Shown here: positions 1 through 10,833 of the stretch, piece by piece | Position numbering within the stretch: the stretch's first letter is position 1 | How the letters are laid out: each line of letters opens with the position of its first letter | NCBI GenBank assembly: GCA_029781535.1 | Contig: JAKOWL010000214.1 | Location: forward strand, 5,550 to 69,549 | Source: Pseudomonadota bacterium | Lineage (GTDB): Bacteria; Pseudomonadota; Gammaproteobacteria; Burkholderiales; Methylophilaceae | Length of the DNA: 64,000 nt | Direction: 5' to 3' | Made by a program: the position numbers and the translations under genes | Notes under the pieces: model-generated | The model's database searches: none | Told to the model about the DNA's origin: nothing | Seen by the model: only the letters and a program-made list of their open reading frames with translations

Positions 1-1
1 T

Positions 2-133
2 GCCCGCGGATTGCTGACGAATAGTCTGCGTCAGCGCATGAAGGGGATGAATTTCACCCTCAATATCATTTTGGCAATGGCAATCGCTAATATTGCTTTA
101 GCAATTCTTAAGATGTTTGGCCTAATGCATTGA
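2..133 (+). CDS. 3' end of a gene entering from the window edge; hydrophobic C-terminus (...NFTLNIILAMAIANIALAILKMFGLMH*), product not identifiable
   Basis: Open frame from position 2 to TGA at 131-133, followed by a hairpin at 149-168. It is too short to assign. Confidence 0.3.
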   Translation, partial: ARGLLTNSLRQRMKGMNFTLNIILAMAIANIALAILKMFGLMH

Positions 134-148
134 CTCTTATTTTCTTCT

Positions 149-168
149 GGTAAAGCGCTGGCTTTACC
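149..168 (+). terminator. Possible terminator hairpin for the upstream gene (ggtaaagc-gctg-gctttacc)
   Basis: 8-bp perfect stem with a 4-nt loop, 16 nt after the stop. The downstream T-run is poor (gcttgttgt). Confidence 0.3.
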
Positions 169-313
169 GCTTGTTGTACCTGTTGTCTCCAACTTGCATA
201 AGTACAGCTTTGATTGATTGTTGAGGACGTTAAAACCGTGAACCCAGGCCGTAACTGGCTGTTCAAATAAACGCGGTTTTAGGATGAATTTAGCCTGCTT
301 AAATGCTTGAATC

Positions 314-322
314 GTGCTAGAA
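314..322 (+). promoter_or_regulatory. Candidate extended -10 element (TGcTAGAAT) upstream of gyrA
   Basis: TG-n-TAGAAT lies 47 nt upstream of the gyrA ATG. No good -35 was found. Confidence 0.25.
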
Positions 323-368
323 TCCAACGGATAAGTTTGTCAAGAAATGTAAGTAGAAAATCTAGAAA

Positions 369-2924
369 ATGACCGATAAATCAATGGACCAGTTCGCGAA
401 AGAAACCCTCCCGATAAGCCTAGAAGACGAGATGCGACGTAGTTACCTAGACTACGCGATGAGTGTGATCGTGGGTCGTGCGCTGCCGGATGTGCGGGAT
501 GGTCTTAAGCCCGTGCATAGGCGCGTTCTGTATGCGATGCATGAGCTTTCCAACGATTACAACAAGCCATACAAGAAATCCGCGCGTATCGTCGGTGATG
601 TCATCGGTAAATACCATCCGCATGGAGACACTGCGGTGTATGACACCATCGTGCGCATGGCGCAGGATTTCAGCCTGCGCTATATGTTGGTGGATGGCCA
701 GGGTAACTTCGGTTCGGTGGATGGCGACAATGCGGCGGCGATGCGTTATACGGAAATCCGTATGGCGAAAATCGCGCACGAACTGCTGGCGGATATCGAT
801 AAAGAGACGGTGGATTTTGGCCCGAACTATGACGGTAGCGAGAGTGAGCCGCTCATCATGCCGGCGCGCATCCCAAACCTGCTGATCAACGGTAGCTCTG
901 GTATTGCGGTAGGGATGGCAACGAACATTCCGCCGCACAACCTGAATGAAGTACTGGATGCCTGTTTTGCGGTATTAAAGAATCCGGAAATCGGTATCGA
1001 GGAGTTGATTGAGCTTGTGCCGGCACCGGACTTTCCGACAGCTGGCATCATCTACGGGACGGCAGGCGTCAAAGAAGGTTATCGTACAGGTCGCGGCCGC
1101 GTGGTGATGCGTGGCCGTACACATGTGGAGGATATGGATAAAGGCGGACGCCAGTCCATCATCATTGACGAACTGCCATATCAGGTGAACAAGAAGTCAC
1201 TGATTGAAAAGATTGCCGAGCTGGTCAATGAGAAGAAGATCGAGGGGATATCCGATCTGCGCGATGAATCAGATAAATCCGGCATGCGCGTGGTGATCGA
1301 GCTGAAACGAGGCGAGATTCCCGAGGTGATTTTAAATAACCTTTACAAGCAAACCCAGCTGCAGGACACCTTCGGTATGAATATGGTGGCCTTGATGGAT
1401 GGCCAGCCGCGTTTGCTGAACCTGAAACAGATGCTGGAAGCTTTCCTGCGTCATCGTCGCGAGGTGGTCACACGGCGTACAGTGTTCGAGTTGCGCAAGG
1501 CGCGTGACCGTGGCCACGTGCTGGAAGGCTTGGCGGTGGCGTTGGCGAACGTGGACGAAATGATCTCAATCATCAAGGCCGCGCCAACACCGCCGGAAGC
1601 CAAAAAGGATTTGATGGCCAAAGTATGGCATTCGCCGGTTGTAGAAGAGATGCTGAAGCGTGCCGCGATGGAAGCTGCACGTCCTGAAGGTTTGAGCGTG
1701 GATTTCGGCCTGACGCCGGATGGTTACAGGTTGAGCGACATCCAGGCACAGGAAATCCTGCAGATGCGCCTGCAGCGTTTGACCGGACTGGAACAGGACA
1801 AGATCGTCAGTGAGTATAAAGAGGTGATGGATCTGATTGCCGATTTGCTCGATATCCTGGCGACACCGGCACGTGTGACCGCCATCATTACGGAGGAGCT
1901 GGCGGAAATCAAACAGCAATTCGGCGACAAGCGCCGCAGTGAGATTGTCGTGAATGGCCAGGATTTGTCTCTGGAAGATTTGATCTCGCCACAAGATGTG
2001 GTCGTGACTTTGTCGCATACTGGCTATATCAAATCCCAGCCATTGGACGAGTACCGTGCGCAACGCCGTGGCGGTCGTGGCAAACAGGCGGCAGCAACCA
2101 AAGAAGATGATTTTATCGACAAGATGTTCGTGGCAAATACCCATGATTACATCCTGTGTTTCAGCAGTCGCGGACAAGTATACTGGCTGAAAGTCTACGA
2201 GGTGCCACAAGGCAGCCGCATATCGCGTGGCAAACCGATCGTGAACCTGTTCCCGCTGGAAGAAGGCGAGAAGATCAATGCCATCTTGTCAGTAAAAGAG
2301 TTCGACGAGAACCACTATATCTTCATGGCGACTGCGCAAGGCACCGTCAAGAAGACGGCCTTGACCGAGTTTTCTAACCCACGCAAGTCCGGCATCATCG
2401 CCATCAAACTGGATGAGGGTGACTACCTGATTGGGGCGGAAATCACGCATGGCAAGAATGACATCGTGCTGGTCTCGGATGGTGGTAAGGCCGTATGGTT
2501 CACTGAGGATGATGTGCGCCCAATGGGACGTGCGACACGTGGTGTCCGCGGCATGAAACTGGGGTCGAAACAAAAAGTATTGTCGTTGTTGATCGCTGAG
2601 AATGACCAGCAGTCCGTGTTGGTGGCGACTGAGAACGGTTATGGCAAACGCACTGTCCTGGCGGATTTCCGCCATTCCGGACGTGGTACGCAGGGCGTGA
2701 AGGCCATTGCCATCAGTGAGCGCAATGGTGTTGCGGTTGCAGCTAAATTGGTCAGCGAGGAAGACGAAATTATGCTTATTACGACTGGCGGCGTGTTAAT
2801 ACGTACACGCGTCAAGGAGATTCGTGAGCTAGGTCGTGCGACACAAGGCGTGACACTGATTAACCTGGGTGAAGGTGAAAAATTGTCCGGCCTGGAAAAA
2901 ATCGTCGAAACTGATGAAGAGTAG
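369..2924 (+). CDS. gyrA: DNA gyrase subunit A
   Basis: 851-aa ORF with the QRDR motif [13 protein letters not shown], the active-site Tyr motif AAMRYTE, C-terminal beta-pinwheel repeats and an acidic tail. Confidence 0.98.
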   Translation: MTDKSMDQFAKETLPISLEDEMRRSYLDYAMSVIVGRALPDVRDGLKPVHRRVLYAMHELSNDYNKPYKKSARIVGDVIGKYHPHGDTAVYDTIVRMAQDFSLRYMLVDGQGNFGSVDGDNAAAMRYTEIRMAKIAHELLADIDKETVDFGPNYDGSESEPLIMPARIPNLLINGSSGIAVGMATNIPPHNLNEVLDACFAVLKNPEIGIEELIELVPAPDFPTAGIIYGTAGVKEGYRTGRGRVVMRGRTHVEDMDKGGRQSIIIDELPYQVNKKSLIEKIAELVNEKKIEGISDLRDESDKSGMRVVIELKRGEIPEVILNNLYKQTQLQDTFGMNMVALMDGQPRLLNLKQMLEAFLRHRREVVTRRTVFELRKARDRGHVLEGLAVALANVDEMISIIKAAPTPPEAKKDLMAKVWHSPVVEEMLKRAAMEAARPEGLSVDFGLTPDGYRLSDIQAQEILQMRLQRLTGLEQDKIVSEYKEVMDLIADLLDILATPARVTAIITEELAEIKQQFGDKRRSEIVVNGQDLSLEDLISPQDVVVTLSHTGYIKSQPLDEYRAQRRGGRGKQAAATKEDDFIDKMFVANTHDYILCFSSRGQVYWLKVYEVPQGSRISRGKPIVNLFPLEEGEKINAILSVKEFDENHYIFMATAQGTVKKTALTEFSNPRKSGIIAIKLDEGDYLIGAEITHGKNDIVLVSDGGKAVWFTEDDVRPMGRATRGVRGMKLGSKQKVLSLLIAENDQQSVLVATENGYGKRTVLADFRHSGRGTQGVKAIAISERNGVAVAAKLVSEEDEIMLITTGGVLIRTRVKEIRELGRATQGVTLINLGEGEKLSGLEKIVETDEE

Positions 2925-2946
2925 TTCGAAGAATAGTGATTGAATA

Positions 2947-4032
2947 ATGACAAAAACAGTTTATAACTTTTCTGCAGGGCCTGCCGTGTTACCAAAACCG
3001 GTGCTGTTGCGTGCCCAGGCCGAGATGCTGGACTGGCATGGCAGCGGTATGAGTGTGATGGAAATGTCGCATCGCGGCAAAGAGTTCATGAGCATCCTCG
3101 CCAAAGCTGAAGCAGATTTGCGCACACTGATGAGTATTCCTGCAGAATATAAAGTGCTGTTTCTGCAAGGTGGGGCCATTGCGGAGAACGCCATGATCCC
3201 ATTGAATCTGCTGGCTGGAAAAGGTGCGGATTATGCTATTACAGGTACGTGGAGTCAGCGTAGCGTTGAAGATGCGCGCCCTTATGGAGATATTCGGGTC
3301 GTAACCAGCAATGCTGCGGATAACTTTACGCATGTACCTGCACTGGATAGCTGGACGCTGAACCGTGATGCCGCATATTTGCATGTATGTACTAATGAAA
3401 CGATTTGCGGTGTTGAGTTCCTGGATATGCCGGATACACATGGTGTGCCGATTGTAGCGGATATGTCCTCGCATATTCTTTCACGGCCTGTAGATGTGTC
3501 ACAGTATGGTGTTATCTACGCGGGGGCTCAGAAAAACATCGGTCCTGCCGGTTTGTGTATCGTGATTGTGCGGGAAGATTTGCTGGAAAGGGCATCTAAA
3601 CTGACCCCGGCAGTGTTTCATTGGAAAACGCAGGCGGAAAATCAATCTATGATCAATACCCCGCCTACCTATGGTATTTACATCGCGGGTTTGGTATTCG
3701 AGTGGTTGATGGCGCAGGGCGGTGTTGCAGCTATTGAGCAACATAATATTGCCAAATCCAGATTGTTGTATGATTACATCGACAGTACGGATTTTTACAA
3801 TAACCCGGTAGCCAAAGCGAACCGTTCTCGGATGAATATTCCATTCAGATTGCAGGATGAAAGCCTGAACGATGCTTTTTTAAAAGGGGCGGAAGCGCGT
3901 AATCTGTTACAGCTCAAGGGCCACCGTTTGGTTGGCGGCATGCGTGCCAGTATCTACAATGCTATGCCTTTAGAAGGGGTACAGACATTGGTAGATTACA
4001 TGAAAGAATTTGAGAAATCACATTCAATGTGA
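2947..4032 (+). CDS. serC: Phosphoserine aminotransferase
   Basis: 361 aa with the PLP-lysine motif [11 protein letters not shown]. Close to full-length collinearity with enterobacterial SerC. Confidence 0.96.
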   Translation: MTKTVYNFSAGPAVLPKPVLLRAQAEMLDWHGSGMSVMEMSHRGKEFMSILAKAEADLRTLMSIPAEYKVLFLQGGAIAENAMIPLNLLAGKGADYAITGTWSQRSVEDARPYGDIRVVTSNAADNFTHVPALDSWTLNRDAAYLHVCTNETICGVEFLDMPDTHGVPIVADMSSHILSRPVDVSQYGVIYAGAQKNIGPAGLCIVIVREDLLERASKLTPAVFHWKTQAENQSMINTPPTYGIYIAGLVFEWLMAQGGVAAIEQHNIAKSRLLYDYIDSTDFYNNPVAKANRSRMNIPFRLQDESLNDAFLKGAEARNLLQLKGHRLVGGMRASIYNAMPLEGVQTLVDYMKEFEKSHSM

Positions 4033-4060
4033 TTGTTAGTTTATTGATATTTATATAAAA

Positions 4061-5143
4061 ATGTCAGAGAAATTAAAACAATACCGCAATCAGATCGATA
4101 GTATTGATTCACAGTTGCTACAGCTTATCAACGAGCGTGCAAAGCTTGCGCGCTCAATCGGTGAGTTGAAGGATGATGGAGTGATATATCGTCCTGAGCG
4201 TGAGGCACAAGTGCTTCGCCGCTTGCAAGACGAGAACGGCGGGCCATTGTCCAGCGAGGCTGTCAGTCAGATATTTCGTGCTGTGATGGCGAATTGTCGG
4301 GCCCTGGAGAAAGAACTCTCGATTGCTTTCTTGGGTCCTATCGGGACATACAGCGAAGAGGCCGCATTAAAACAGTTCGGCCAGGGCCGTACTGCAGCAG
4401 TGTGCGGCACGATCGACGAGGTATTTCGTACCGTAGAAGCAGGCCAAGCAGACTACGGCGTAGTGCCGGTAGAAAACTCTACGGAAGGCGCGATAGGCCT
4501 GACGCTGGACTTGTTGCTGGAAAGCCCATTGAAGGTGTGTGGTGAGGTCATGTTGCCGATACACCATTGCTTGCTCTCCAAGCAATCAGATATCGCGCAG
4601 ATCACTCACGTGTTTTCTCACACGCAATCTTTGTCCCAATGTCATGAATGGTTGAATAAGAACCTTTCCAATGCTCAGCGAGAGGCGGTGACCAGCAATG
4701 CTTATGCAGCAAAGATGATCCACGATTTGGTATCGACACCCGGCACATTCGCTGCAGCGATCGCCAGCAAACGGGCAGCCGAGCTGTTTGAGCTGAATGT
4801 GTTGGCAGAAAACATCGAAGATGATCCTAACAACACCACTCGTTTTCTGGTGCTAGGAAAGCAGGATGTTGCTCCATCCGGCAGGGATAAGACGTCGCTG
4901 GTAATGGCGACACAGAATAAGCCAGGTGCAATGGTTGGCTTGCTTGAGCCGTTGGCTAAACATGGTGTAAGCATGACCAAATTCGAGTCACGTCCTTCCA
5001 GGCAAGGGTTGTGGGACTATGTGTTCTTTGTGGATGTCGAAGGACATGAAACAGATGCGTCTGTGAAGGCAGCGCTGGCAGATCTGCATCAGCGTGCATC
5101 CTGGCTGAAAGTTCTTGGTTCTTATCCCGCTGCTGTCATTTGA
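4061..5143 (+). CDS. pheA: Bifunctional chorismate mutase / prephenate dehydratase (P-protein)
   Basis: N-terminal CM_2 helix (IDSIDSQLLQLINERAKLA), PDT domain with the TRF motif, and a C-terminal ACT motif ESRPSR...GLWDYVFFVD. Confidence 0.95.
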   Translation: MSEKLKQYRNQIDSIDSQLLQLINERAKLARSIGELKDDGVIYRPEREAQVLRRLQDENGGPLSSEAVSQIFRAVMANCRALEKELSIAFLGPIGTYSEEAALKQFGQGRTAAVCGTIDEVFRTVEAGQADYGVVPVENSTEGAIGLTLDLLLESPLKVCGEVMLPIHHCLLSKQSDIAQITHVFSHTQSLSQCHEWLNKNLSNAQREAVTSNAYAAKMIHDLVSTPGTFAAAIASKRAAELFELNVLAENIEDDPNNTTRFLVLGKQDVAPSGRDKTSLVMATQNKPGAMVGLLEPLAKHGVSMTKFESRPSRQGLWDYVFFVDVEGHETDASVKAALADLHQRASWLKVLGSYPAAVI

Positions 5144-5151
5144 GTTTTCCT

Positions 5152-6258
5152 ATGAGCCTTTGTGATTTAGCCCCCGATTATATTCGTGCAATTGCGCCTT
5201 ACCAGGGCGGAAAGCCTATCAGCGAACTGGCGCGCGAGATGGGACTGAATGAAGCCGATATCGTTAAGCTGGCTTCGAACGAGAATCCGCTAGGCATGAG
5301 CCCTAAGGCGCAAATGGCAGTGGAAGATGCGATTGCCGATATCGCACGTTATCCGGATGGCAACGCGTTTGCCCTGCGTGAGGCGGTGAGCAAGAAATAC
5401 GGGGTGTCGGCCAATCAAATCGTGTTCGGCAATGGTTCCAATGACATTCTGGAACTTGCGGCACGAGCCTTCTTGCAACCGGGAGACGAGGCGATTTATT
5501 CGCAGCATGCATTTGCCGTTTATCCGCTGGTTACCCAGGCGGTCGGGGCAAAAGGCGTGGTAGTGCCAGCCATAGGTTTTGCACATGATCTGGATGGCTT
5601 TTTACAGGCCATCACTTCAAAAACTAAACTGATCTTTATCGCGAACCCAAACAATCCGACGGGTACGCTGATTAAAAAAGATGCCCTGAAAGCCTTTATT
5701 CATGCGGTCCCTGAGCATGTTCTGGTATTGCTGGACGAGGCATACGACGAATATTTGAACGAGGTTGACAAGTCAGAGGCTGTTAACTGGCTAGCACAGT
5801 TCCCGAATTTGATCATTTCACGCACTTTTTCCAAAGCCTATGGTCTAGCAGGATTGCGGGTAGGCTTTGGTCTGATGCACGCTGAGATTGCAGACATCAT
5901 GAACCGCGTGAGACAGCCGTTCAATGTCAACAGCATAGCGCAGGTGGCAGCTATCGCGTCATTGGCCGATGATGACTTTGTCGCGCGCAGCTATGCCGCC
6001 AATCAGGCTGGGATGGTGCAATTGGCGCAGGGTTTACATGAATTGGGGTTAGAATACATTCCTTCTTTTGGCAATTTTGTCAGCTTTAAAGTGAAAAACG
6101 CTGCTCAGGTGAATCAACAACTGCTAAAAGGCGGCGTGATAGTGCGACCCATCGCCAATTATGAGATGCCTGATTACTTGCGCGTGAGCGTCGGGTTATT
6201 CAGCGAAAATGCCAAGTTCCTGCAGGTATTGAAAAAGATTTTAGAAGCAAACGCATGA
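5152..6258 (+). CDS. hisC: Histidinol-phosphate aminotransferase (class II aminotransferase)
   Basis: PLP-Lys motif SRTFSKAYGLAGLRVGF and an NPNNPTG motif. The ORF track starts at TTG 5140, which overlaps the pheA stop. ATG 5152 is preferred. Confidence 0.9.
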   Translation: MSLCDLAPDYIRAIAPYQGGKPISELAREMGLNEADIVKLASNENPLGMSPKAQMAVEDAIADIARYPDGNAFALREAVSKKYGVSANQIVFGNGSNDILELAARAFLQPGDEAIYSQHAFAVYPLVTQAVGAKGVVVPAIGFAHDLDGFLQAITSKTKLIFIANPNNPTGTLIKKDALKAFIHAVPEHVLVLLDEAYDEYLNEVDKSEAVNWLAQFPNLIISRTFSKAYGLAGLRVGFGLMHAEIADIMNRVRQPFNVNSIAQVAAIASLADDDFVARSYAANQAGMVQLAQGLHELGLEYIPSFGNFVSFKVKNAAQVNQQLLKGGVIVRPIANYEMPDYLRVSVGLFSENAKFLQVLKKILEANA

Positions 6259-7337
6259 CCAAATACGAAAAACTCGCTACGGATGACGTAAGAATCCGTG
6301 AAATCAAACCGTTGGTACCAGCTTCGGTAATGTTGGAGCAGCTAAAAGAAAGCGCTCAGACTACCCAGAATATTCTGGCGACACGTAATGCCATCCATCA
6401 GATACTGCACCATGGTGACGACCGTCTGTTGGTTGTGGTCGGGCCATGCTCCATTCATGACACAAAGGCTGGAATGGAATACGCGCAGCGCCTGTTGGAA
6501 GTGCGTAAACGCCTGTCGGCGGACCTGCTGATTGTCATGCGGGTGTATTTTGAGAAGCCGCGCACCACTGTAGGATGGAAAGGGCTTATCAATGACCCGG
6601 ATCTGGATGGCAGTTATGAGATCAACGAGGGTTTGCAGAAGGCGCGTCAATTCCTGCTGGATGTGAATGAGATCGGTATGCCGGCTGGCGCAGAGTTCCT
6701 GGATACCATCACGCCGCAATATACCGCCGATTTGGTCAGCTGGGGTGCAATCGGGGCACGGACGACAGAATCTCAGGTGCATCGTGAGCTGGCTTCTGGC
6801 CTAAGCTGCCCGGTCGGTTTCAAGAACGGTACGGATGGTAATGTACGCGTGGCGATTGATGCGATTAAGACGGCATCGAGTCCGCATCATTTCCTGTCCG
6901 TGACCAAGGAAGGGCAGTCAGCCATTATTTCTACATCTGGTAATGAGGATTGCCATGTCATCCTGCGTGGCGGAAAAGTGCCGAATTACGATGCCGCAAG
7001 TGTCGATGCTGCCTGCACCAGCCTGGCATCCGCCGGTTTGGCGCCGCTGCTGATGATTGACTGTAGCCATGCGAACAGCAGCAAGCAATATCAGAAGCAA
7101 ATCGAAGTCGCACACGATATCGCGCAACAGGTGGGGCAGGGTGATGAGCGTATCATCGGTGTGATGCTAGAGTCTCATCTAATGGCGGGACGTCAGGATC
7201 ATGAGCCTGGCTGCACGCTGGAGTATGGCAAGTCGATTACTGACGGCTGTCTGGGTTGGGAAGAGACTGTGCCAGTCCTGGAATTGCTGGCTGAAGCCGT
7301 CCGTACACGCCGGAAAGCAAAAATCGAATCTGAGTAA
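6255..7337 (+). CDS. aroG: Class I (AroG/F/H-type) 3-deoxy-7-phosphoheptulonate (DAHP) synthase
   Basis: 360 aa with KPRTTVGWKGLINDP, GARTTESQVHRELASGLSCPVGFKNGTDG and HANS motifs. ATGA overlap with hisC. Feedback specificity cannot be told from the sequence. Confidence 0.93.
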   Translation: MTKYEKLATDDVRIREIKPLVPASVMLEQLKESAQTTQNILATRNAIHQILHHGDDRLLVVVGPCSIHDTKAGMEYAQRLLEVRKRLSADLLIVMRVYFEKPRTTVGWKGLINDPDLDGSYEINEGLQKARQFLLDVNEIGMPAGAEFLDTITPQYTADLVSWGAIGARTTESQVHRELASGLSCPVGFKNGTDGNVRVAIDAIKTASSPHHFLSVTKEGQSAIISTSGNEDCHVILRGGKVPNYDAASVDAACTSLASAGLAPLLMIDCSHANSSKQYQKQIEVAHDIAQQVGQGDERIIGVMLESHLMAGRQDHEPGCTLEYGKSITDGCLGWEETVPVLELLAEAVRTRRKAKIESE

Positions 7338-7478
7338 TTGTTTTTTCTCAGAGACATCATGAAAATCACTAGCTTGCATTCCATGTTGCCTGCAGGTCTT
7401 TCATAAAACCAAGCGCGTATAGTAGCAGTCATACAAGCACATCATTCTGATGCCTGTATTTTGATAAGGAGATAAATC

Positions 7479-7550
7479 ATGTGGACAAAACCAGCTGCTA
7501 CTGAAATGCGCTTCGGCTTCGAAGTAACAATGTACGTAATGAACAAATAG
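7479..7550 (+). CDS. pqqA: PQQ precursor peptide PqqA (23 aa: MWTKPAATEMRFGFEVTMYVMNK)
   Basis: Conserved E-x3-Y (EVTMY) cross-link residues, an AAGGAGA RBS 7 nt upstream, and position immediately 5' of pqqBCDE. It is below the ORF-track size cutoff. Confidence 0.92.
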   Translation: MWTKPAATEMRFGFEVTMYVMNK

Positions 7551-7568
7551 TTGCCCAGTGCGACTAAC

Positions 7569-7591
7569 AAGGCCGCAAAAGCGGCCTTTTT
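7569..7591 (+). terminator. Stem-loop with T-run after pqqA (aaggccgc-aaaa-gcggcctt-ttt); partial terminator or transcript-stabilising hairpin
   Basis: 8-bp GC-rich perfect stem, tetraloop and a T-run, 19 nt after the pqqA stop and 27 nt before pqqB. Confidence 0.65.
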
Positions 7592-7617
7592 CACAAAGAA
7601 TCTAAGAAGTATTCAAT

Positions 7618-8544
7618 ATGCATATTCATGTTTTGGGTTCCGGAGCCGGCGGAGGCTTCCCACAATGGAACTGTAACTGTTTTAACTGTGACGGCTTGCG
7701 TAAAGGCACCATTAAAGCCACCAAGCGCACACAATCTTCCATTTGTGTCAGCAGCGATGGAGTGAACTGGGTTTTGTTCAATGCTTCTCCGGATGTACTG
7801 CAGCAGATTCAGGATTTTCCTGCTTTGCAGCCTGCGCGAGCGATACGCGACAGTGGCATTCAGGCAGTCGTTCTGATTGATGCGCAAATCGACCATACCA
7901 CGGGTTTGTTCATGTTACGTGAGGGCACAGTCAAGCGCGATATCTATTGTACCGATATGGTATATGGCGATTTGACCTCTGGTAACCAGATACTTAACAT
8001 TCTCGGCCATTACTGTGGCATCAATCACCATCAGGTCCCTATCGATGGTAAAACCAGTTTCGAGATGCCGAATGTGCCAAACCTGCGCTTTACCACTGTC
8101 GCACTGAAAAGTGCTGCACCGCCTTATTCACCGCATCGCAATAATCCACAGGCTGGAGATACGATAGGCGTTTTGATCGAAGAGATATCGACTGGCAAGA
8201 AATGCTGGTATTCCCCAGGGTTGGAGCTGATCGAACCGCATTTGCCTGCTTTGATGCATCAAGCAGACTGCATTATGGTGGATGGCACCTTCTGGACAGA
8301 TACCGAGATGATTGATCTGGGCTTGATGACTAAAACGGCCCGAAGCATCGGCCATAATCCGCAGTCCGGCTCCAATGGCATGATTGAGGACCTGGATAAG
8401 TTTGGTCAGGATAAGAAAGTTCGTAAGGTATTGATTCATATCAATAATACAAACCCGATTTTACGCGAAGATTCTGCAGAGCGTGCAATTTTAACCCGTC
8501 ATGGCATTGAAGTCGCCCATGATGGAATGGACATTATTCTTTAG
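7618..8544 (+). CDS. pqqB: PQQ biosynthesis protein B (metallo-beta-lactamase fold)
   Basis: 308 aa with N-terminus MHIHVLGSGAGGGFPQWNCNC, typical of PqqB, and the expected operon position. Confidence 0.95.
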   Translation: MHIHVLGSGAGGGFPQWNCNCFNCDGLRKGTIKATKRTQSSICVSSDGVNWVLFNASPDVLQQIQDFPALQPARAIRDSGIQAVVLIDAQIDHTTGLFMLREGTVKRDIYCTDMVYGDLTSGNQILNILGHYCGINHHQVPIDGKTSFEMPNVPNLRFTTVALKSAAPPYSPHRNNPQAGDTIGVLIEEISTGKKCWYSPGLELIEPHLPALMHQADCIMVDGTFWTDTEMIDLGLMTKTARSIGHNPQSGSNGMIEDLDKFGQDKKVRKVLIHINNTNPILREDSAERAILTRHGIEVAHDGMDIIL

Positions 8545-8553
8545 GAGTGAAAC

Positions 8554-9327
8554 ATGAATGCAATGACAACTGATAACTTACCTTGGTCCCGTGAAGAGTT
8601 TGAGGCGAAACTGCGTGAGAAGGGCAAGAGTTATCACATTTACCACCCGATTCATGTGTTGATGTATGAGGGTAAACTCAGCCAGCAGCAAATGCAGTGC
8701 TGGGTGGCTAACCGTTATTACTATCAGATTGCCATTCCAATGAAAGATGCAGCGATTCTGTCAAATTGCCCGGATCGTGAATTGCGTCGTGGCTGGATAC
8801 AGCGCATTTTTGACCATGATGGCAGTGGCAAGATTGCCGAGGGCGGCGAAGGTGGTATTGAAGCATGGATCCATCTGGGCCACGCTGTCGGTTTGACCCG
8901 TGAAGAAATCATGTCTTTGAAGTTGATCGCACCTGGGACGAAATTTGCAGTAGACGCCTATATCAATTTTGCCAAACAACGTCCTTGGCAAGAAGCAGTA
9001 TGCTCCAGCTTGACTGAACTATTCGCGCCGCATATCCACCAACAACGTATTGATTCTTGGCCGGATATGTATCCATGGATCAATCAGGAAGGCATGCAAT
9101 ACTTCAAGAACCGTCTCACACAAGCGCGTCGTGACGTAGAGCAGGGCCTGCAAATCACATTGGATTACTTTGGCCGTACTCGCGAGTTACAAGAGCGTGC
9201 CTTGGAAATCCTGCAGTTCAAATTGGATGTGCTGTGGGTAATGGCGGATTCCATCATGTTGCAATGCACAGATGTGACTACTGAAGGGCGTCCATATACA
9301 CGTCAGCCTGTGGTTGAGATCAAATAG
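8554..9327 (+). CDS. pqqC: Pyrroloquinoline-quinone synthase
   Basis: 257 aa, TENA/THI-4-like PqqC sequence (YHIYHPIH..., NRYYYQ) at the expected operon position. Confidence 0.95.
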   Translation: MNAMTTDNLPWSREEFEAKLREKGKSYHIYHPIHVLMYEGKLSQQQMQCWVANRYYYQIAIPMKDAAILSNCPDRELRRGWIQRIFDHDGSGKIAEGGEGGIEAWIHLGHAVGLTREEIMSLKLIAPGTKFAVDAYINFAKQRPWQEAVCSSLTELFAPHIHQQRIDSWPDMYPWINQEGMQYFKNRLTQARRDVEQGLQITLDYFGRTRELQERALEILQFKLDVLWVMADSIMLQCTDVTTEGRPYTRQPVVEIK

Positions 9328-9333
9328 CCAACC

Positions 9334-9615
9334 ATGAGTATGATACAAGCAACAGATATTTACGCATTAGCACTACATCACCGCTTCCAATGGGAAGAGG
9401 CACAGCAAAGCCATGTGATTTTGTTTCCTGAAGGGATGATCAAATTACATGGTGGCGCGGGCGAGGTCATTAAACGTGTGAATGGCAAAGCAACAGTAGG
9501 GGAAATAGTGGCAGAGTTAAAAGCTGCTTTTCCCGATGCTGAAGACATCGAAAATGACATCCTCGGCATGTTTGATCTGGCGCTAAGTAAAGGTTGGTTA
9601 AGGAAGGTGAGTTAA
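9334..9615 (+). CDS. pqqD: PQQ biosynthesis peptide chaperone PqqD
   Basis: 93 aa, lying between pqqC and pqqE. The stop abuts the pqqE ATG. Confidence 0.92.
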   Translation: MSMIQATDIYALALHHRFQWEEAQQSHVILFPEGMIKLHGGAGEVIKRVNGKATVGEIVAELKAAFPDAEDIENDILGMFDLALSKGWLRKVS

Positions 9616-10797
9616 ATGACGCAAGTCAATAACGGTGTGGCATCCAATGTGACTAAAACCCAACCATTATGGTTGTTGGCAGAGATTACCTATCGATGCC
9701 CGATGCATTGCGCTTTTTGTTATAACCCGACGGATTATGACAAACACACCAAGAATGAGTTGAGTACGGAAGAATGGGTTAGTGCTTTGCGTGAGGCGCG
9801 CAAGATGGGTGCCATACAGCTTGGTATATCAGGTGGCGAACCATTGCTGCGCGATGATATCGAAGAAATCGTCGCTGAAGCGCACAAACTTGGCTATTAC
9901 AGCAACCTGATTACCTCCGGTGTCGGGCTGACTGAAAAACGCATACAAGCTTTCAGGGAAGCCGGGTTGGATCATATCCAGCTCTCGATGCATGACATTA
10001 CCGAAGAAATCAACAATTTCATCACTAATACCAAAACGTTTCAGCTCAAACAAAAAGTAGCAGCGATGATCAAGGGGCATGGCTACCCCATGGTGTTAAA
10101 CGTTGTGATACATCGTTATAACATCGAGCATATTGGCCAAATCTTGGAAATGGCCGAAGCGCTGGGTGCCGATTACGTCGAGTTGGCCAACACGCAATAC
10201 TACGGCTGGTCTTTGGTCAACCGTAGTCAGCTAATGCCGACCCGTGAGCAACTTCAAGAGGCCGAACGTGTGACAAATGTATTTCGTGACCGCGTTGGCA
10301 GCAAGATGAAAGTATTTTTCGTTGTGCCAGATTATTACAACGATCGTCCGAAAAAATGCATGAACGGCTGGGGCGAGGTGTTCATGATAATCACGGCAAA
10401 CGGCGATGTGCTGCCTTGCCATTCTGCACGCTCCTTGCCGGGTCTCGCGTTCCCCAATGTGCGCGAGAACGGCCTGGAATGGGCATGGAATGAAAGCCCG
10501 GCTTTCAATAAATATCGTGGTACAGAATGGATGAAAGAGCCGTGTCGTAGTTGCGATGAGAAAGAGAAGGATTTGGGCGGGTGCCGTTGCCAGTCATATC
10601 TATTGGCAGGTGATGCTGAAGCGGCAGACCCGGTTTGTACCAAATCACCACATCGGCATTTGATTGATGAGGCGATTGCGGATGCGCAAAATCCACAGTT
10701 GCGCGAGCAACCCATCATTTTCCGCAACGATAAGAACTCCAAGAAATATGTGGAAGGCGATAAAGAACGTATTGAACAGTTCCATGCCTTGCCGTAG
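9616..10797 (+). CDS. pqqE: PqqA peptide cyclase, radical SAM/SPASM enzyme
   Basis: 393 aa with the CxxxCxxC motif (CPMHCAFC) and a C-terminal SPASM cysteine cluster (CHSA..., CRSC..., CRCQ). Confidence 0.96.
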   Translation: MTQVNNGVASNVTKTQPLWLLAEITYRCPMHCAFCYNPTDYDKHTKNELSTEEWVSALREARKMGAIQLGISGGEPLLRDDIEEIVAEAHKLGYYSNLITSGVGLTEKRIQAFREAGLDHIQLSMHDITEEINNFITNTKTFQLKQKVAAMIKGHGYPMVLNVVIHRYNIEHIGQILEMAEALGADYVELANTQYYGWSLVNRSQLMPTREQLQEAERVTNVFRDRVGSKMKVFFVVPDYYNDRPKKCMNGWGEVFMIITANGDVLPCHSARSLPGLAFPNVRENGLEWAWNESPAFNKYRGTEWMKEPCRSCDEKEKDLGGCRCQSYLLAGDAEAADPVCTKSPHRHLIDEAIADAQNPQLREQPIIFRNDKNSKKYVEGDKERIEQFHALP

Positions 10798-10833
10798 TAT
10801 GCCTGCTTAGGCAATTTTTAACGGAGGCAGTCA

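Noticed and set aside
31-327. 98-aa minus-strand ORF upstream of gyrA
   Set aside because: It has no recognisable motifs. It overlaps the better-supported plus-strand 3' gene end (2-133) and its hairpin, so it is likely a chance ORF in the intergenic region.
447-2995. Multiple 60-214-aa ORFs on both strands inside gyrA (for example 447-938, 1566-2210, 2289-2675)
   Set aside because: They lie entirely within, and mostly antisense to, a full-length and unmistakable gyrA frame. Their translations are Arg/His/Cys-rich nonsense, typical of shadow ORFs.
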